The position numbers were made by a program, and so were the translations under genes. From the IMG/VR virus record IMGVR_UViG_3300020123_000589, positions 87,360 to 151,359 of that record: DNA of 64,000 nt. The stretch is one strand, 5' to 3'. Below the pieces are notes generated by a model. It was not told the origin of the DNA, made no database searches, and saw nothing but the letters and a program-made list of their open reading frames with translations. Numbering within the stretch: the stretch's first letter is position 1; each line of letters starts with the position of its first letter. The DNA comes from a virus. Shown here piece after piece: positions 46,219-56,480 of this stretch.

Positions 46219-47196
46219 ATGAGTGAACAAGCCGAACTTAAAAAGTTTCTAGCCACATTATCCAAAACCCATGAAACGGTTATCAGCCAGATTAAAGATA
46301 TGGAGCGACCTGAGATTGAAGCACTTCCTTCTGGCAGCTTTACAATCGACCGTGCTTTAGGTGTTGGTGGTTATCCTCGTGGACGTATTATTGAAATTTA
46401 TGGTCCTGAAGCTTCTGGTAAAACTACGCTTACACTGCTTGCCATTGCTGAAACTCAGAAGAATGGTGGGACGTGTGCATTCATCGATGTTGAACATGCT
46501 TTGACAATGAGTTGGGCCGAGAAACTTGGAGTGAATGTTGGGAACCTTATTTTTACCCAGCCGGATAGTGGTGAACAAGCTTTGGCGTTGGTAGAGGAAC
46601 TTGTCGCTTCCAATCTTGTTGATTTAATTGTAATTGACTCTGTAGCGGGACTCCTTACGAAAGCAGAGATTGAAGGAGAGATGGGGCAACAGTTTATGGG
46701 TGCCCAAGCCCGTCTTTTAAGTCAAGGACTTAAAAAGCTTACTCCCGTAGTGGGTAAGAGTAAAGCAACGGTTATTTTCATCAACCAGATTCGTCAGAAG
46801 ATTGGGGTTATGTATGGTAATCCAAATACGACACCTGGAGGATTAGCTTTGAAGTTTTACAGTAGTGTTCGTCTAGCTGTTAAGAAAGTATCTGGATCTG
46901 ATATTAAGAATGAACAGGGTGCTTATGTTGGGCATCGTTTGGAAGTGGATGTAATTAAAAACAAAGTGGGAGCCCCACATACCTCCGCTGAATTCTCGCT
47001 TAACTTCCTTACAGGGGTTGATCGTGTTGATGAGCTTTGCACCCTTGGATTACTTAACGGAGTTATTATCCAAGCGGGACCTTCTTATACCTTTGAGGAA
47101 ACAAAAGCCAAGGGTTATGACAATCTCGTAGAAATTGTTCGAGCGGATAAGAACCTTCAGGATGCTATTTGGAAAGCGATTAAGGAGAAGAAATAA
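46219..47196 (+). CDS. recA: RecA recombinase
   Basis: GG.PRGRI.EIYGPEASGKTT, FID.EHAL, QPD.GEQAL, IDSVA, ARL.SQ, FINQ.R, GG.ALKFY.S.R. Confidence 0.97.
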   Translation: MSEQAELKKFLATLSKTHETVISQIKDMERPEIEALPSGSFTIDRALGVGGYPRGRIIEIYGPEASGKTTLTLLAIAETQKNGGTCAFIDVEHALTMSWAEKLGVNVGNLIFTQPDSGEQALALVEELVASNLVDLIVIDSVAGLLTKAEIEGEMGQQFMGAQARLLSQGLKKLTPVVGKSKATVIFINQIRQKIGVMYGNPNTTPGGLALKFYSSVRLAVKKVSGSDIKNEQGAYVGHRLEVDVIKNKVGAPHTSAEFSLNFLTGVDRVDELCTLGLLNGVIIQAGPSYTFEETKAKGYDNLVEIVRADKNLQDAIWKAIKEKK

Positions 47197-47197
47197 T

Positions 47198-48511
47198 ATG
47201 AGTGAATCAAAACTTGTTAAAGATATTATCAAACAAATTGAGCACATTGCTGAGAAACTTCAAATTGAACCTTATCAGCTAACCAAAGCTCAATTCATGG
47301 AATTTGCCAATATGAATGAATGGCAACTCCGTAAAATTGGTGGGTATCAGACACTCCTCTCAACCTACTTCCCAATCCCAGATAAATCGTTGAAAGATAT
47401 TGAATTGCTATCACAACGTCAAAGTTACTTAGCTAAACTTGAGAAGAAGTACGGATCATGGGAATTGTTTGCTGAACAGCTTACTGCATCTCTCGTTAAG
47501 AATTTGGGGAATATGAAAGTAGAACCAAAGATTCTAAATGAGAAAGCAACACGCGAATATATAAAAAGTATTGCGAGAACTGAATTGCATGATTCAAGTC
47601 CTCGTTCCATTTGTGTTGCTCTTACCGATCTCCACTTTGGAACTAATGTTGATTCTGCGGAACTAGGTGGAAAGAATGAATTCAACTGGACAATTGGTGC
47701 TCGTCGCTTTGGGTTTATTATGGAACAATTGCGTACATATAAGATGGAACTTCGTCATTTACATGAAGAAGTTGTTCTTTTGCTTGGCGGAGATTTGATT
47801 GGTGGTGTGATTCATAATCAGGAGGGGCCGGATTATGATTTGATTACGTTTCAAGTGAATGGAGCATTGAATTATTTTATTCAAGCCTTCAATCATTTAA
47901 AGAGTTGGTATCCCAAAGTTCGTGTGATTTGTCAACCAGGAAATCATGGTAGGGTGATGCATAAAATGTCTAAAGACCGTGCTCTCTCGCAGAAGTACGA
48001 TTCTTTTGAAAATATCGTATTTTATTCTTTGTCTGAACGTTTTAAAAATGACCCAAAGGTTGAAATTATTGTACCCAAGACTCCTTATGCTGAAGCGACT
48101 GTTCAAGGGCATAGAATTTATATGACCCACGGCGATGGAGTTTTTACAACAGGCAACCCTGGCAAGAGTATCAATACAGATAGTATTGATAAGCAGGTAA
48201 ACCGAGTCAATGAAGCAGAACGTAATAAGCATCGAGCACCATTTGAATTGTTTGTATTTGGGCATGTTCACCAGCCAGCACATTTCCAAGTGAGCAGCGG
48301 AGCGCACATTATTATTAACGGAAGTATGATTGGAACGGATTCATTTGCTCAGGGTGTGGGAATTATGAGTAACAACCCCGTACAGGTGATTTGGGAAATG
48401 AATAAAAAGTTTGCTGTTGGCGATAGTCGTTGGTTATTCGTTGCGGAAGCAGACAAGCAGAAACGTCTTGAAACACTCATCAAACCTTACAATTACCAAC
48501 TATCAGCTTAA
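47198..48511 (+). CDS. Metallophosphoesterase / phosphoesterase-type nuclease
   Basis: DLHFG, GGD, GNHGR, HGD, GHVH; start moved to ATG 47198. Confidence 0.75.
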   Translation: MSESKLVKDIIKQIEHIAEKLQIEPYQLTKAQFMEFANMNEWQLRKIGGYQTLLSTYFPIPDKSLKDIELLSQRQSYLAKLEKKYGSWELFAEQLTASLVKNLGNMKVEPKILNEKATREYIKSIARTELHDSSPRSICVALTDLHFGTNVDSAELGGKNEFNWTIGARRFGFIMEQLRTYKMELRHLHEEVVLLLGGDLIGGVIHNQEGPDYDLITFQVNGALNYFIQAFNHLKSWYPKVRVICQPGNHGRVMHKMSKDRALSQKYDSFENIVFYSLSERFKNDPKVEIIVPKTPYAEATVQGHRIYMTHGDGVFTTGNPGKSINTDSIDKQVNRVNEAERNKHRAPFELFVFGHVHQPAHFQVSSGAHIIINGSMIGTDSFAQGVGIMSNNPVQVIWEMNKKFAVGDSRWLFVAEADKQKRLETLIKPYNYQLSA

Positions 48512-48520
48512 GGAGTTATT

Positions 48521-49906
48521 ATGTCACGACCTCGTGCTCTTTCAACATCTAATTCAGAATTTCCACTTCCCCCAAAATCTGCGTCATCTTTAACAGATAA
48601 AGATTGGGAAAGGGTTCTTAAGGAATCCAAATGGAATGGTAATTTCAATACGCATGTTTTTCAAACATTCCTTAATGCCAAAAGTCCAGATGAGATTCAA
48701 TATGATGAACATCAGGTAAGCGAATCATATAGCATCGTTCCTCGTTTTTGCCTTGAAGATTTTCTAAAAGAGGAGAAACTGAAAGTTGAGCGTTTAGCAT
48801 GGGTTTTAGAAGATTCTACATATAGCGTGGAATGGAGTTTGATCGAGATTGACGTAGATAAGAAAGTTAATAGGGTAAATAATGGGCAATTCTTTATCTC
48901 AAATGGGATTGACAAATACATTATTGAATCGAAGCAGGGATACCACGATAATTATTTCTTCAAGTTTATTAGTCGAAAGGACGCAAAAGTAAGCGGTAAA
49001 GATCTTCTAGAGAAGTTTCTTAAATATACAGAAGCACATAATTTCCTCCGAGGGAAGAAGATTGACCCTAATTGTTCTTTTGTACGTTTGGACCATAAAT
49101 ACACATGGGATGACATCATTCTTTCAGAGAAACTTAAAACAGACATTCGCCAAAACCTTTCGAACTTAATTGAGCATCGAAGCATCTACCGAGATAATGG
49201 ACTTAAGGTTCGACGTGGGCTAATCTTTTCAGGACCTCCAGGAGTAGGAAAGACTAATTTGGTTAAAATTCTCTGTGCCACAATTGATTGGACTTTAATT
49301 TGGGTTAGCCCAAAGCACTTAGAGAACCCTCGTAGAGTATCCATGATTATGCAGCTTGCAAAGGATCTAAGCCCGTCCATCATTGTTTTAGAAGATATCG
49401 ACCTTTATGGATCTTCTCGTGAAATGAATGGCAACCCTACCGTACTTGGTGAGCTAATGAATCAACTTGATGGAGTTGAAGGACTTGTTGATATTATCAC
49501 AATTGCTACAACTAATCGAGAAGAAGTATTAGAAAAAGCATTGCTTGATCGTCCTGGACGTTTTGACAAAGTTATTAAGTTTGGATTACCTGAAGTGGCA
49601 GAACGTTTGCGAATGTTGGAGTTGTTTTCTTCTACTGTTGGGAAAGACAAAAGCTTTACATGGGAAGAGCTTGCAGACAAACCAACGAAAGGTATGTCAG
49701 GCGCACAGATTCGTGAAGTTATTTCACAAGGAGTTATTCAGGCAGTGGATGATGGAAGTGTTGTTAAAGGAAAAATTGTATTAAAGTACAAACATTTGAA
49801 AGCAGCAATGGTAGCGATTAAGGGAAAAGATTTTACAAAGATTGGTATTCAACCCACAAGTAGCTCTCTTCCTGGAAGTTTGCTCGACGATATAGACCGC
49901 TGGTGA
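48521..49906 (+). CDS. AAA+ ATPase (classical clade, no protease domain)
   Basis: GPPGVGKT, LEDID, TTN, SRH 'ALLDRPGRFD'. Confidence 0.9.
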   Translation: MSRPRALSTSNSEFPLPPKSASSLTDKDWERVLKESKWNGNFNTHVFQTFLNAKSPDEIQYDEHQVSESYSIVPRFCLEDFLKEEKLKVERLAWVLEDSTYSVEWSLIEIDVDKKVNRVNNGQFFISNGIDKYIIESKQGYHDNYFFKFISRKDAKVSGKDLLEKFLKYTEAHNFLRGKKIDPNCSFVRLDHKYTWDDIILSEKLKTDIRQNLSNLIEHRSIYRDNGLKVRRGLIFSGPPGVGKTNLVKILCATIDWTLIWVSPKHLENPRRVSMIMQLAKDLSPSIIVLEDIDLYGSSREMNGNPTVLGELMNQLDGVEGLVDIITIATTNREEVLEKALLDRPGRFDKVIKFGLPEVAERLRMLELFSSTVGKDKSFTWEELADKPTKGMSGAQIREVISQGVIQAVDDGSVVKGKIVLKYKHLKAAMVAIKGKDFTKIGIQPTSSSLPGSLLDDIDRW

Positions 49907-49913
49907 TAGTGAA

Positions 49914-50939
49914 TTGATTTCCCAAGTCGTACTCGAAAACTTTCAAAGCCACAAACATTCAACTTTTAGTTTCGATAAAGGATTGAATTTAGTTGTAGGG
50001 TCGAGCAATCAAGGAAAAACTTCCTTGGTTCGCGCATTGTCGCTTGTGCTTTACAACCAATGGGATAAAAGTTGGACGAGGGTGGGTTCTGCGTTTTGTA
50101 AAATTACTTTGGTAATGGATAATGGTGTTACAATAATCCGTGAGAAAGGCGATAAGCAGAATAAATATATTTTGCAAGTTCCAGGTCAGCCTGAACAAAC
50201 GTTTACGAATTTTGGAACTGAAGTTCCTGAAACTGTAAGCAAAATATTACACATTGGAAAAATTGAATTGGACAAAGATGATTCGCTTACCCTTAATTAC
50301 GCTTCACAATTAGAACCGCTATTTTTATTCAATCGCAGTGGCGCACAGAAAGCGAAGGTATTTGGACGTTTATCAGGTGCTCATTACCTCGACCACGCTC
50401 TCCGCAATTTAAATGTCGAAAAACGCAGTATTAGTGTCGAAAAGAACCTCAAAACTAAAGAGTTGGTCGATTTACAAACTCAACATGTCGCTTTAAATGC
50501 CATTTTAGGGTTTCGTCCCAAAATTGAAGAGCTGGAAGGTAGAAATACCGCTTTAGATGCCGCTAAGCAGCGCGTAGAAGCCCTCAAATCGCTTCTTAAG
50601 CGGGTTCAAGATTGGAAACGACACTATGAGGCCGAGATAGTAAAAGAAACGCTACTGAGCCAAGCCAAGGCGGTGGAAATTGATTCTGTAACTGCTTCAG
50701 TACAGCGATTGAAAGCATTGAAACAGCTTTTTAATTGGAACAACGACCTTTTAAGCAAAGAAAATTCATTAAATACTGCTAAAACTGAATTATCCCTGGA
50801 ATTTGAGGCTACCACCAGTGAATATGCATCTGTTTTAGGAGAAAATAAGGTGTGCCCAACGTGTTTTGGACAATTAAATAATGAAAAATTGCGAGATATT
50901 AAAAACTCCTTGACTGGGAAAGAGAAATGCTCTATTTAA
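49914..50939 (+). CDS. SbcC/Rad50-like ATPase, N-terminal half
   Basis: LENFQSH, Walker A GSSNQGKT, Q-loop, coiled coil, terminal CPTC hook; no Walker B. Confidence 0.85.
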   Translation: MISQVVLENFQSHKHSTFSFDKGLNLVVGSSNQGKTSLVRALSLVLYNQWDKSWTRVGSAFCKITLVMDNGVTIIREKGDKQNKYILQVPGQPEQTFTNFGTEVPETVSKILHIGKIELDKDDSLTLNYASQLEPLFLFNRSGAQKAKVFGRLSGAHYLDHALRNLNVEKRSISVEKNLKTKELVDLQTQHVALNAILGFRPKIEELEGRNTALDAAKQRVEALKSLLKRVQDWKRHYEAEIVKETLLSQAKAVEIDSVTASVQRLKALKQLFNWNNDLLSKENSLNTAKTELSLEFEATTSEYASVLGENKVCPTCFGQLNNEKLRDIKNSLTGKEKCSI

Positions 50940-51481
50940 TTATAATTTTATTAGCTGGTGCACTAATTTATTTATTGCCAAAATATTTTAAATTGACAAA
51001 CAATTTTTCCTCACAACTTTTGATATACAAAGAAACTGAATTGGAAAAAGAATTGGAAAAATACAATTTGGCAGTGAGAGAAGAAATGGATAGACGAATG
51101 ACACAAAATGCAGAAGCGGCAAAAGCCGAAGCGTTAGCGATGGTAGCAGAATGGCAAGTAAAATACGAAGAAGCAACCAGACAAGATGCGATAAATAAAT
51201 CCCAAGCGATTATGATGGGTAAAACACTCGAACATCTTATCCCATTTTTCCCAGAGTTTAAATGGAACCCAAGAGATGCGAGATTTTTGGGTTCACCTGT
51301 TGATTTGGTTGTGTTCGATGGGTTGAGTGAAGGGAAACTTAGACAAATTGTTTTTGTTGAAATTAAAACAAACACGTCGCAATTAAATGCGCGAGAAATA
51401 CAAATCCGTGATATAATTAAAAGTGGGAAAGTGACGTGGGAAGAAATTCGGCACATGATAAATTCAGGGATAGTAAAATAA
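50927..51481 (+). CDS. Membrane-anchored Holliday-junction-resolvase-like endonuclease (Endonuc_Holl type)
   Basis: N-terminal TM; 'G...EH..PF', 'DARFLG.P.D.VVFDG', 'FVEIKT'. Confidence 0.85.
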   Translation: MLYLIIILLAGALIYLLPKYFKLTNNFSSQLLIYKETELEKELEKYNLAVREEMDRRMTQNAEAAKAEALAMVAEWQVKYEEATRQDAINKSQAIMMGKTLEHLIPFFPEFKWNPRDARFLGSPVDLVVFDGLSEGKLRQIVFVEIKTNTSQLNAREIQIRDIIKSGKVTWEEIRHMINSGIVK

Positions 51482-51694
51482 ATGGGATTTTTTAATCCAC
51501 CTTCTAAAATTGTCGCACAAGAAGTGTTTCGTCAGACTCGTCCCTCGGCAAAATTTTGCTTGGTGTGCCAGAGAGTGTTAGGTAAATATCTGTGTGCAGT
51601 ACAAGCACCAATTTGCAAAGAGTGGGGAATTTGGACAGTGTGCAGTATTTCGTGTAAAAACAATATAAAACGCAACGCCATATTTTATAACTAA
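51482..51694 (+). CDS. Small Cys-rich protein
   Basis: CxxC...CSxxC. Confidence 0.4.
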   Translation: MGFFNPPSKIVAQEVFRQTRPSAKFCLVCQRVLGKYLCAVQAPICKEWGIWTVCSISCKNNIKRNAIFYN

Positions 51695-51695
51695 A

Positions 51696-51992
51696 ATGAA
51701 ACTTCGATTTTTTATTTATAGTAGTTTGTTGTTTGTAACTTTGGCATTGCCTGTTGTTTATAAAACAATTGATTACAATCTTCAACAACAGGAAATCTTA
51801 ACGAGACGGCAAAAAGAAAATTGGCTCAATGATGCAGCAGATACGGAAATTGTTTTAATGCGTTTAGCACAAGCTCTTCACAATCATGAAGCATTTTGGG
51901 ATCATTTTGACAAATTTCTAGAATATCAGCTTTTGCGTTGTAAAATGATTAAAGAAGATTTGAACCAAATATTGGGAAGTTTCAACTCTTGA
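51696..51992 (+). CDS. Hypothetical protein with an N-terminal TM/signal segment
   Basis: ORF track. Confidence 0.45.
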   Translation: MKLRFFIYSSLLFVTLALPVVYKTIDYNLQQQEILTRRQKENWLNDAADTEIVLMRLAQALHNHEAFWDHFDKFLEYQLLRCKMIKEDLNQILGSFNS

Positions 51993-52918
51993 AATTTTTA
52001 TTCTTCACCGATTCCCACCTACGCGATTCTCGCCCTCGAAATCGTATCGACGATTTTTATAAATCGCAATTTGAGGAACTCGGGGAATTGGCGAATCTTG
52101 TGTTGGAGCATGATGTTGATGCTTTGCTTTGTGGAGGCGATCTTCTACACGTTCCAAAACCCTCTCACGAACTCGTTCGAGATTTGATTGGTTGGGCAAA
52201 ATATATAAACGTTCCAATTTATTCTGTAATCGGCAACCATGATACGGTTGGATACCAGATGGATGCAATTGGTTCAAACGGAATTGGCGTTTTATTTGAA
52301 TCTGAAGCTTTCCATGAGTTAACTGAGAAAGTGTTCGAAGAAGAGAAAATTATAATTAGAGGAATTAACGCAAAGGTTCAGGAAGATGGGTACGGGTATG
52401 AGTTTGAACCAAAATATGCTGGGTACACAAGGTTGATTGTTTCCCACAACTACATTATCGATGCTGAAAGTATGATGTTCGATTTTATGCAACCCAAGAA
52501 TGTTCCGACAAATGCTGATTTAATCCTTTTGGGTCACTACCACCACCCATTCCAAACGCAGGTAAAAAACACGCAATTCATTAACCCTGGAGCCCTTTCA
52601 CGCTGGGGAATTGACGAAGCAAATAGAATTCCAACAGTCTTGTTAATTGAGATAGCCAATGGTATAGTTGATGTGAAGCATATTCCCCTTGCTTGTGCAA
52701 AGAAGGCAGAAGAGATTTTTGATTTGAATAAAGTGGGGGTAGAAAAAGATAAAGAGGATCAACTTAAAAGCTTTATGGATTCGCTTGAGAATACGTCCTT
52801 TGAAACAAACGACATTGAAGCTTTAGTTTTGGCAGCAGGAAAGAATCAAGGAGTCGAAGAGAGAATCCTGAACAAATCGCTTGAAAAGATTCGAGAAGCG
52901 AAAGAGATCCTGAAATGA
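51989..52918 (+). CDS. SbcD/Mre11-like nuclease
   Basis: TDSH, GGD, GNHD, SH, GHYH, NPG.L.R. Confidence 0.85.
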   Translation: MKFLFFTDSHLRDSRPRNRIDDFYKSQFEELGELANLVLEHDVDALLCGGDLLHVPKPSHELVRDLIGWAKYINVPIYSVIGNHDTVGYQMDAIGSNGIGVLFESEAFHELTEKVFEEEKIIIRGINAKVQEDGYGYEFEPKYAGYTRLIVSHNYIIDAESMMFDFMQPKNVPTNADLILLGHYHHPFQTQVKNTQFINPGALSRWGIDEANRIPTVLLIEIANGIVDVKHIPLACAKKAEEIFDLNKVGVEKDKEDQLKSFMDSLENTSFETNDIEALVLAAGKNQGVEERILNKSLEKIREAKEILK

Positions 52919-53068
52919 ACTCAAAAATTAACTGCTCTAAGCACGATAGAAATTTTATACCGAACCAATGCAGAGAATGTGAGAAAACAGTCGCATTCGA
53001 AAAATTATATAGACAGGCTGAAGGATATTTGGAAGAATACAAATTGTTGATTGATGAGGTTAGAAAAA

Positions 53069-53323
53069 ATGAACATTGAAGACACACTTTCATCATTAAA
53101 GAAAAAGATCGACTTAATCAACACAAAGAAGATCGAGAATGCTACGAAGTTACATGCTTTGGAAGAAGAAAAGGCTAAACTTCTTCAAGAATGCCGAGCT
53201 TTAGGAGTTGATCCAACCAGTCTTGAAAAAATTGTTGTGGATGAAGAAACTAAGTTGAATAATGAGATTCAAACGCTCCAAAATGAAATAGGACAGGTTT
53301 ATGAGCAGCTTAGCAAATTTTAA
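53069..53323 (+). CDS. Coiled-coil protein (possible SbcC arm fragment)
   Basis: Heptad pattern; directly upstream of the SbcC C-terminal half. Confidence 0.5.
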   Translation: MNIEDTLSSLKKKIDLINTKKIENATKLHALEEEKAKLLQECRALGVDPTSLEKIVVDEETKLNNEIQTLQNEIGQVYEQLSKF

Positions 53324-53936
53324 TAATTTAAAAAATCTCTTTAACCAGAAACTTGGTAAGTTGGATGCCGTTACCAACTCTTTGAATATTTGCGAGAAGA
53401 GAATTAACGAGCTTACTTTGAACGAAGATACGGTTTCTAAATCCAGTTTGTTCCTTCAATCCTTGAGCGATACCGCACGTATCCAAGTAATAGAAAAGAT
53501 TAGTGGGCTCGTCACTGAAGTGTTACAAGCAGTGAAAGACAAGAATTTAACGTTTAAGATGGAACTTGGGAACGAGCGTGGCCAGCCGGATTTAAAATTC
53601 TTTGTTGTAGATAGTTTGACAGGTAAAGAGATGGACGTACTTGAAAGCTGTGGTGGAGGAATTGCCGATTTGGTTAGTTTCGCTTTGCGCGTGTCGCTTC
53701 TTTTAAAATGGCAACCAAGGCTTGAGCGTGTTTTGATTTGCGATGAAAACCTGAAATTCATAAGCGTAGCCGACCAAGAATTGGCAGGAGAATTTGTACG
53801 AAAGCTTTCTGAACAGTTGGGATTACAGATTATTTTTATTTCACATTCAAAAACACTGGCAGAGAAAGCGCACCGTACCTTTGAGGTAATGAAAGAAAAT
53901 GGAATCAGCAGAGTCCAAGAAACAGCTTCTCTTTAG
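53301..53936 (+). CDS. SbcC/Rad50-like ATPase, C-terminal half
   Basis: Signature-like SCGGG..D..SFALR, Walker B LICDE, H-loop FISH. Confidence 0.85.
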   Translation: MSSLANFNNLKNLFNQKLGKLDAVTNSLNICEKRINELTLNEDTVSKSSLFLQSLSDTARIQVIEKISGLVTEVLQAVKDKNLTFKMELGNERGQPDLKFFVVDSLTGKEMDVLESCGGGIADLVSFALRVSLLLKWQPRLERVLICDENLKFISVADQELAGEFVRKLSEQLGLQIIFISHSKTLAEKAHRTFEVMKENGISRVQETASL

Positions 53937-54303
53937 TATTACACGAAAAGACTTCCGTGTTGATACTTTTCGCTCAGGCGGAAAGGGAGGCCAGAACCAG
54001 AATAAGGTTGAATCTGGTGTTCGCATCACACATTTAGAATCTGGTGCCGTAGCAGAATCTAGAGAAGAACGAGATCAGATTCGAAATAAAGAAAGAGCTT
54101 TTCAAAAACTTATTAACACCTCAAAGTTTAAAGCTTGGCATAAAGTAAAGACTTCTTTTATGTTGCAAGGGATTCAAGATGGAGAAGTAGAGCTTGAACG
54201 TAGAGTTAACGAAGCAATGAAACTTGAGAATTTAAAAGTAGAAGGTAAAGACGAGAATGGACGTTGGAGTAAAGAAGCGGTTGAGGAAAATGAGCGAGAA
54301 TAG
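53899..54303 (+). CDS. Peptide chain release factor-like protein (GGQ domain only; ArfB/PrfH-like)
   Basis: F...[24 protein letters not shown].......R.Q..NK..A. Confidence 0.9.
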   Translation: MESAESKKQLLFSITRKDFRVDTFRSGGKGGQNQNKVESGVRITHLESGAVAESREERDQIRNKERAFQKLINTSKFKAWHKVKTSFMLQGIQDGEVELERRVNEAMKLENLKVEGKDENGRWSKEAVEENERE

Positions 54304-54652
54304 AGATTTCAAACTCTTTGTGGATGATACTCGTGAAATCCCAAAAGGATGGATGGGAGCAAGAACCGTTTCTGATACGCTCAGGTTTCTTCACATGTTC
54401 AGCCCTATTGCCGAAATCAGTTTGGATCATGACATTCTGTTTCCTCAGCATGGAATTGACAGGTATACGATGTATGCAGCCGAGAATTATACTGGAGTCG
54501 CTTACTACATTGCACGAATGCCCGAAGAGTTGCGACCAAAGATAATACGCATTCATTCTTCTAATTCTGGGGCTGCAATGACGATGTGTGAAATTATGGG
54601 GTTGAATTTTGATACAACGTACAAGCTTTATGATCCAAAGAATTATGAGTAA
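54290..54652 (+). CDS. Cyclic-phosphate-processing receiver-like domain protein
   Basis: KLFVDD.R..P.GW..AR, ISLDHD, TG, IHS.N. Confidence 0.7.
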   Translation: MSENRDFKLFVDDTREIPKGWMGARTVSDTLRFLHMFSPIAEISLDHDILFPQHGIDRYTMYAAENYTGVAYYIARMPEELRPKIIRIHSSNSGAAMTMCEIMGLNFDTTYKLYDPKNYE

Positions 54653-55286
54653 AATGAAAAAATGTATTAAATGTGGTGAAAGTAAGCCAGAAGAAGTTTT
54701 TGACAAAACTAAAGACAAGATTGGTAGAATAGATACTTGTAAGCTATGTAAATTTAACTGGGATGCTGTAGTACGTTCTGCCATTCGAAGATCTTTTGCC
54801 CGATCCCCAAAAGTAATAGAAGTAATGTTAACGGGTCGTAGAGTTGTTCCACGTTATACCAAAAGTGGGGAAAGGCATAAAGTTGATGCAGTAGAGTTTC
54901 AATGCCAAACTTGTAATGGTTGGTTTATTAGAAAATTTATTTCTGTTGATCATTTTGTACCTGTAGTGAGTGTTGAAGAGGGCTTTCAGACCTGGGACAT
55001 TTTTATTGAACGAATCAATTGCGATAGAAAGAATTTAAAACGAATATGTGAAAATTGTCACCAAGCCAAGTCGAATGTAGAGCGTGATAAACGCAATGCA
55101 ATTCAAGATGGAGTTGCACTTAGTAACTTGGAAATTAACATTCAAAGTGTTTGGACAATTCCAGAATTAAAAGAACTTAAAAAGCAAGTATCCAAATTCT
55201 TAACTAAAACCAAAGCCCAAGAAACTCGTGAACGTGCTTTGAAATTAAAACAAATTATCATAGACAAGATTGAAAAGGAAGATTGA
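54645..55286 (+). CDS. HNH endonuclease-like protein
   Basis: N-terminal CxxC..CxxC; QCQTC...VDH..PV...NL..IC..CH..K. Confidence 0.7.
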   Translation: MSKMKKCIKCGESKPEEVFDKTKDKIGRIDTCKLCKFNWDAVVRSAIRRSFARSPKVIEVMLTGRRVVPRYTKSGERHKVDAVEFQCQTCNGWFIRKFISVDHFVPVVSVEEGFQTWDIFIERINCDRKNLKRICENCHQAKSNVERDKRNAIQDGVALSNLEINIQSVWTIPELKELKKQVSKFLTKTKAQETRERALKLKQIIIDKIEKED

Positions 55287-55759
55287 TGAAATTATTTAAA
55301 CAGATCCTATCAACTGTCCTAATTTTATTTGTAAGTGTTTCTACATTTGCCGTAGATCGAGCATATTATGACGGATATTTTGTCAGCTATATTATTGATA
55401 ATACAACAACCTTGTTTTTACGAAAGAATCTATTAGATCCTGACTCAAAGGAAATGGCCAAATGGGACAAATATTGGAATGACACAGTAATACAACAGTC
55501 ACAAGGATTTCTTCCAGCGTTTCCATTTATGGATTTTGAAAATTCTTTGCTCAATTATTGTGTGATACAGGACCTTATTACGTACAAACAAGCAAATGCA
55601 GCAATAGAAAAATCCAAGCATGTAGGTGGAACGACAATCAATGGATACAATCTGCTTTATTTACACGCCGAAGTATTATGGGATTTGGTTTTAAATAAAC
55701 ATATAACGAAAGAAGAAGCGAAGAATTTGTTAGATGCTTCTTATAAAAAGGCAAAATAA
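55283..55759 (+). CDS. Secreted hypothetical protein
   Basis: Signal peptide ending TFA. Confidence 0.55.
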   Translation: MMKLFKQILSTVLILFVSVSTFAVDRAYYDGYFVSYIIDNTTTLFLRKNLLDPDSKEMAKWDKYWNDTVIQQSQGFLPAFPFMDFENSLLNYCVIQDLITYKQANAAIEKSKHVGGTTINGYNLLYLHAEVLWDLVLNKHITKEEAKNLLDASYKKAK

Positions 55760-56007
55760 TGGAATTTTTTGGATGGGTAGCAACTCTTTTATTTGGAGCT
55801 TGTTATTGGCCTCAGCTTTATCGCAGCTATAAAAGAAAGAGTGTTGGGGATATCAGCTTTTGGAGTTGGTTTATTCAGATGCTGGCATACATATTTGGTT
55901 TAGTTTATGGATTTCGTTTGAATGAGTTACCATTAGAAATCGGATATCTTCATGGACTATTTTGTACGGTGGTGTTGTTAATTATGTACTTTGAATACCG
56001 AGAATAG
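55759..56007 (+). CDS. PQ-loop / SemiSWEET-like three-TM transporter
   Basis: GW.AT......WPQL..SY..KS..DIS; 3 TM; 82 aa. Confidence 0.8.
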   Translation: MEFFGWVATLLFGACYWPQLYRSYKRKSVGDISFWSWFIQMLAYIFGLVYGFRLNELPLEIGYLHGLFCTVVLLIMYFEYRE

Positions 56008-56018
56008 GATAACAAACA

Positions 56019-56480
56019 ATGTACAGAATAAGTGAAGAAGTGGCTCGTAAGATATTGAGAAATGTTCGAAGTCCTGAAATTGGCCCAATGAATATTACAA
56101 CTAAAGATCCTTTTACACCAAAGAATTTGAACAGCCTTGGTTTCATTGATCCTTATGCTGCGATAGGAACTGACTTTCATTACCTTATAGAGATTCCATA
56201 TCCATGGATAAATCCAAACCTTCCACCAATTCCTGGACTTGATGGATATTGGCTGTATCGCCGTGAAGAATTGTTATCACCAACTGAACCTTTTAGCGTT
56301 CCTCGCTATCTTGCAGATCCTAATATCTTGGATGGAGAGCAACAATTAGATGTAACTGATTGCTCAATAGTTTTGCCGACTGAAGTAGAGAAGTTGACAT
56401 GTAGGAGCATTATGACATTTGAACAGCTTGTAAAATTTGAGCCGCTAATACTTGATTGCATTTCAAAGGATTTAAAATGA
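56019..56480 (+). CDS. Hypothetical protein
   Basis: ORF track; SD present. Confidence 0.5.
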   Translation: MYRISEEVARKILRNVRSPEIGPMNITTKDPFTPKNLNSLGFIDPYAAIGTDFHYLIEIPYPWINPNLPPIPGLDGYWLYRREELLSPTEPFSVPRYLADPNILDGEQQLDVTDCSIVLPTEVEKLTCRSIMTFEQLVKFEPLILDCISKDLK

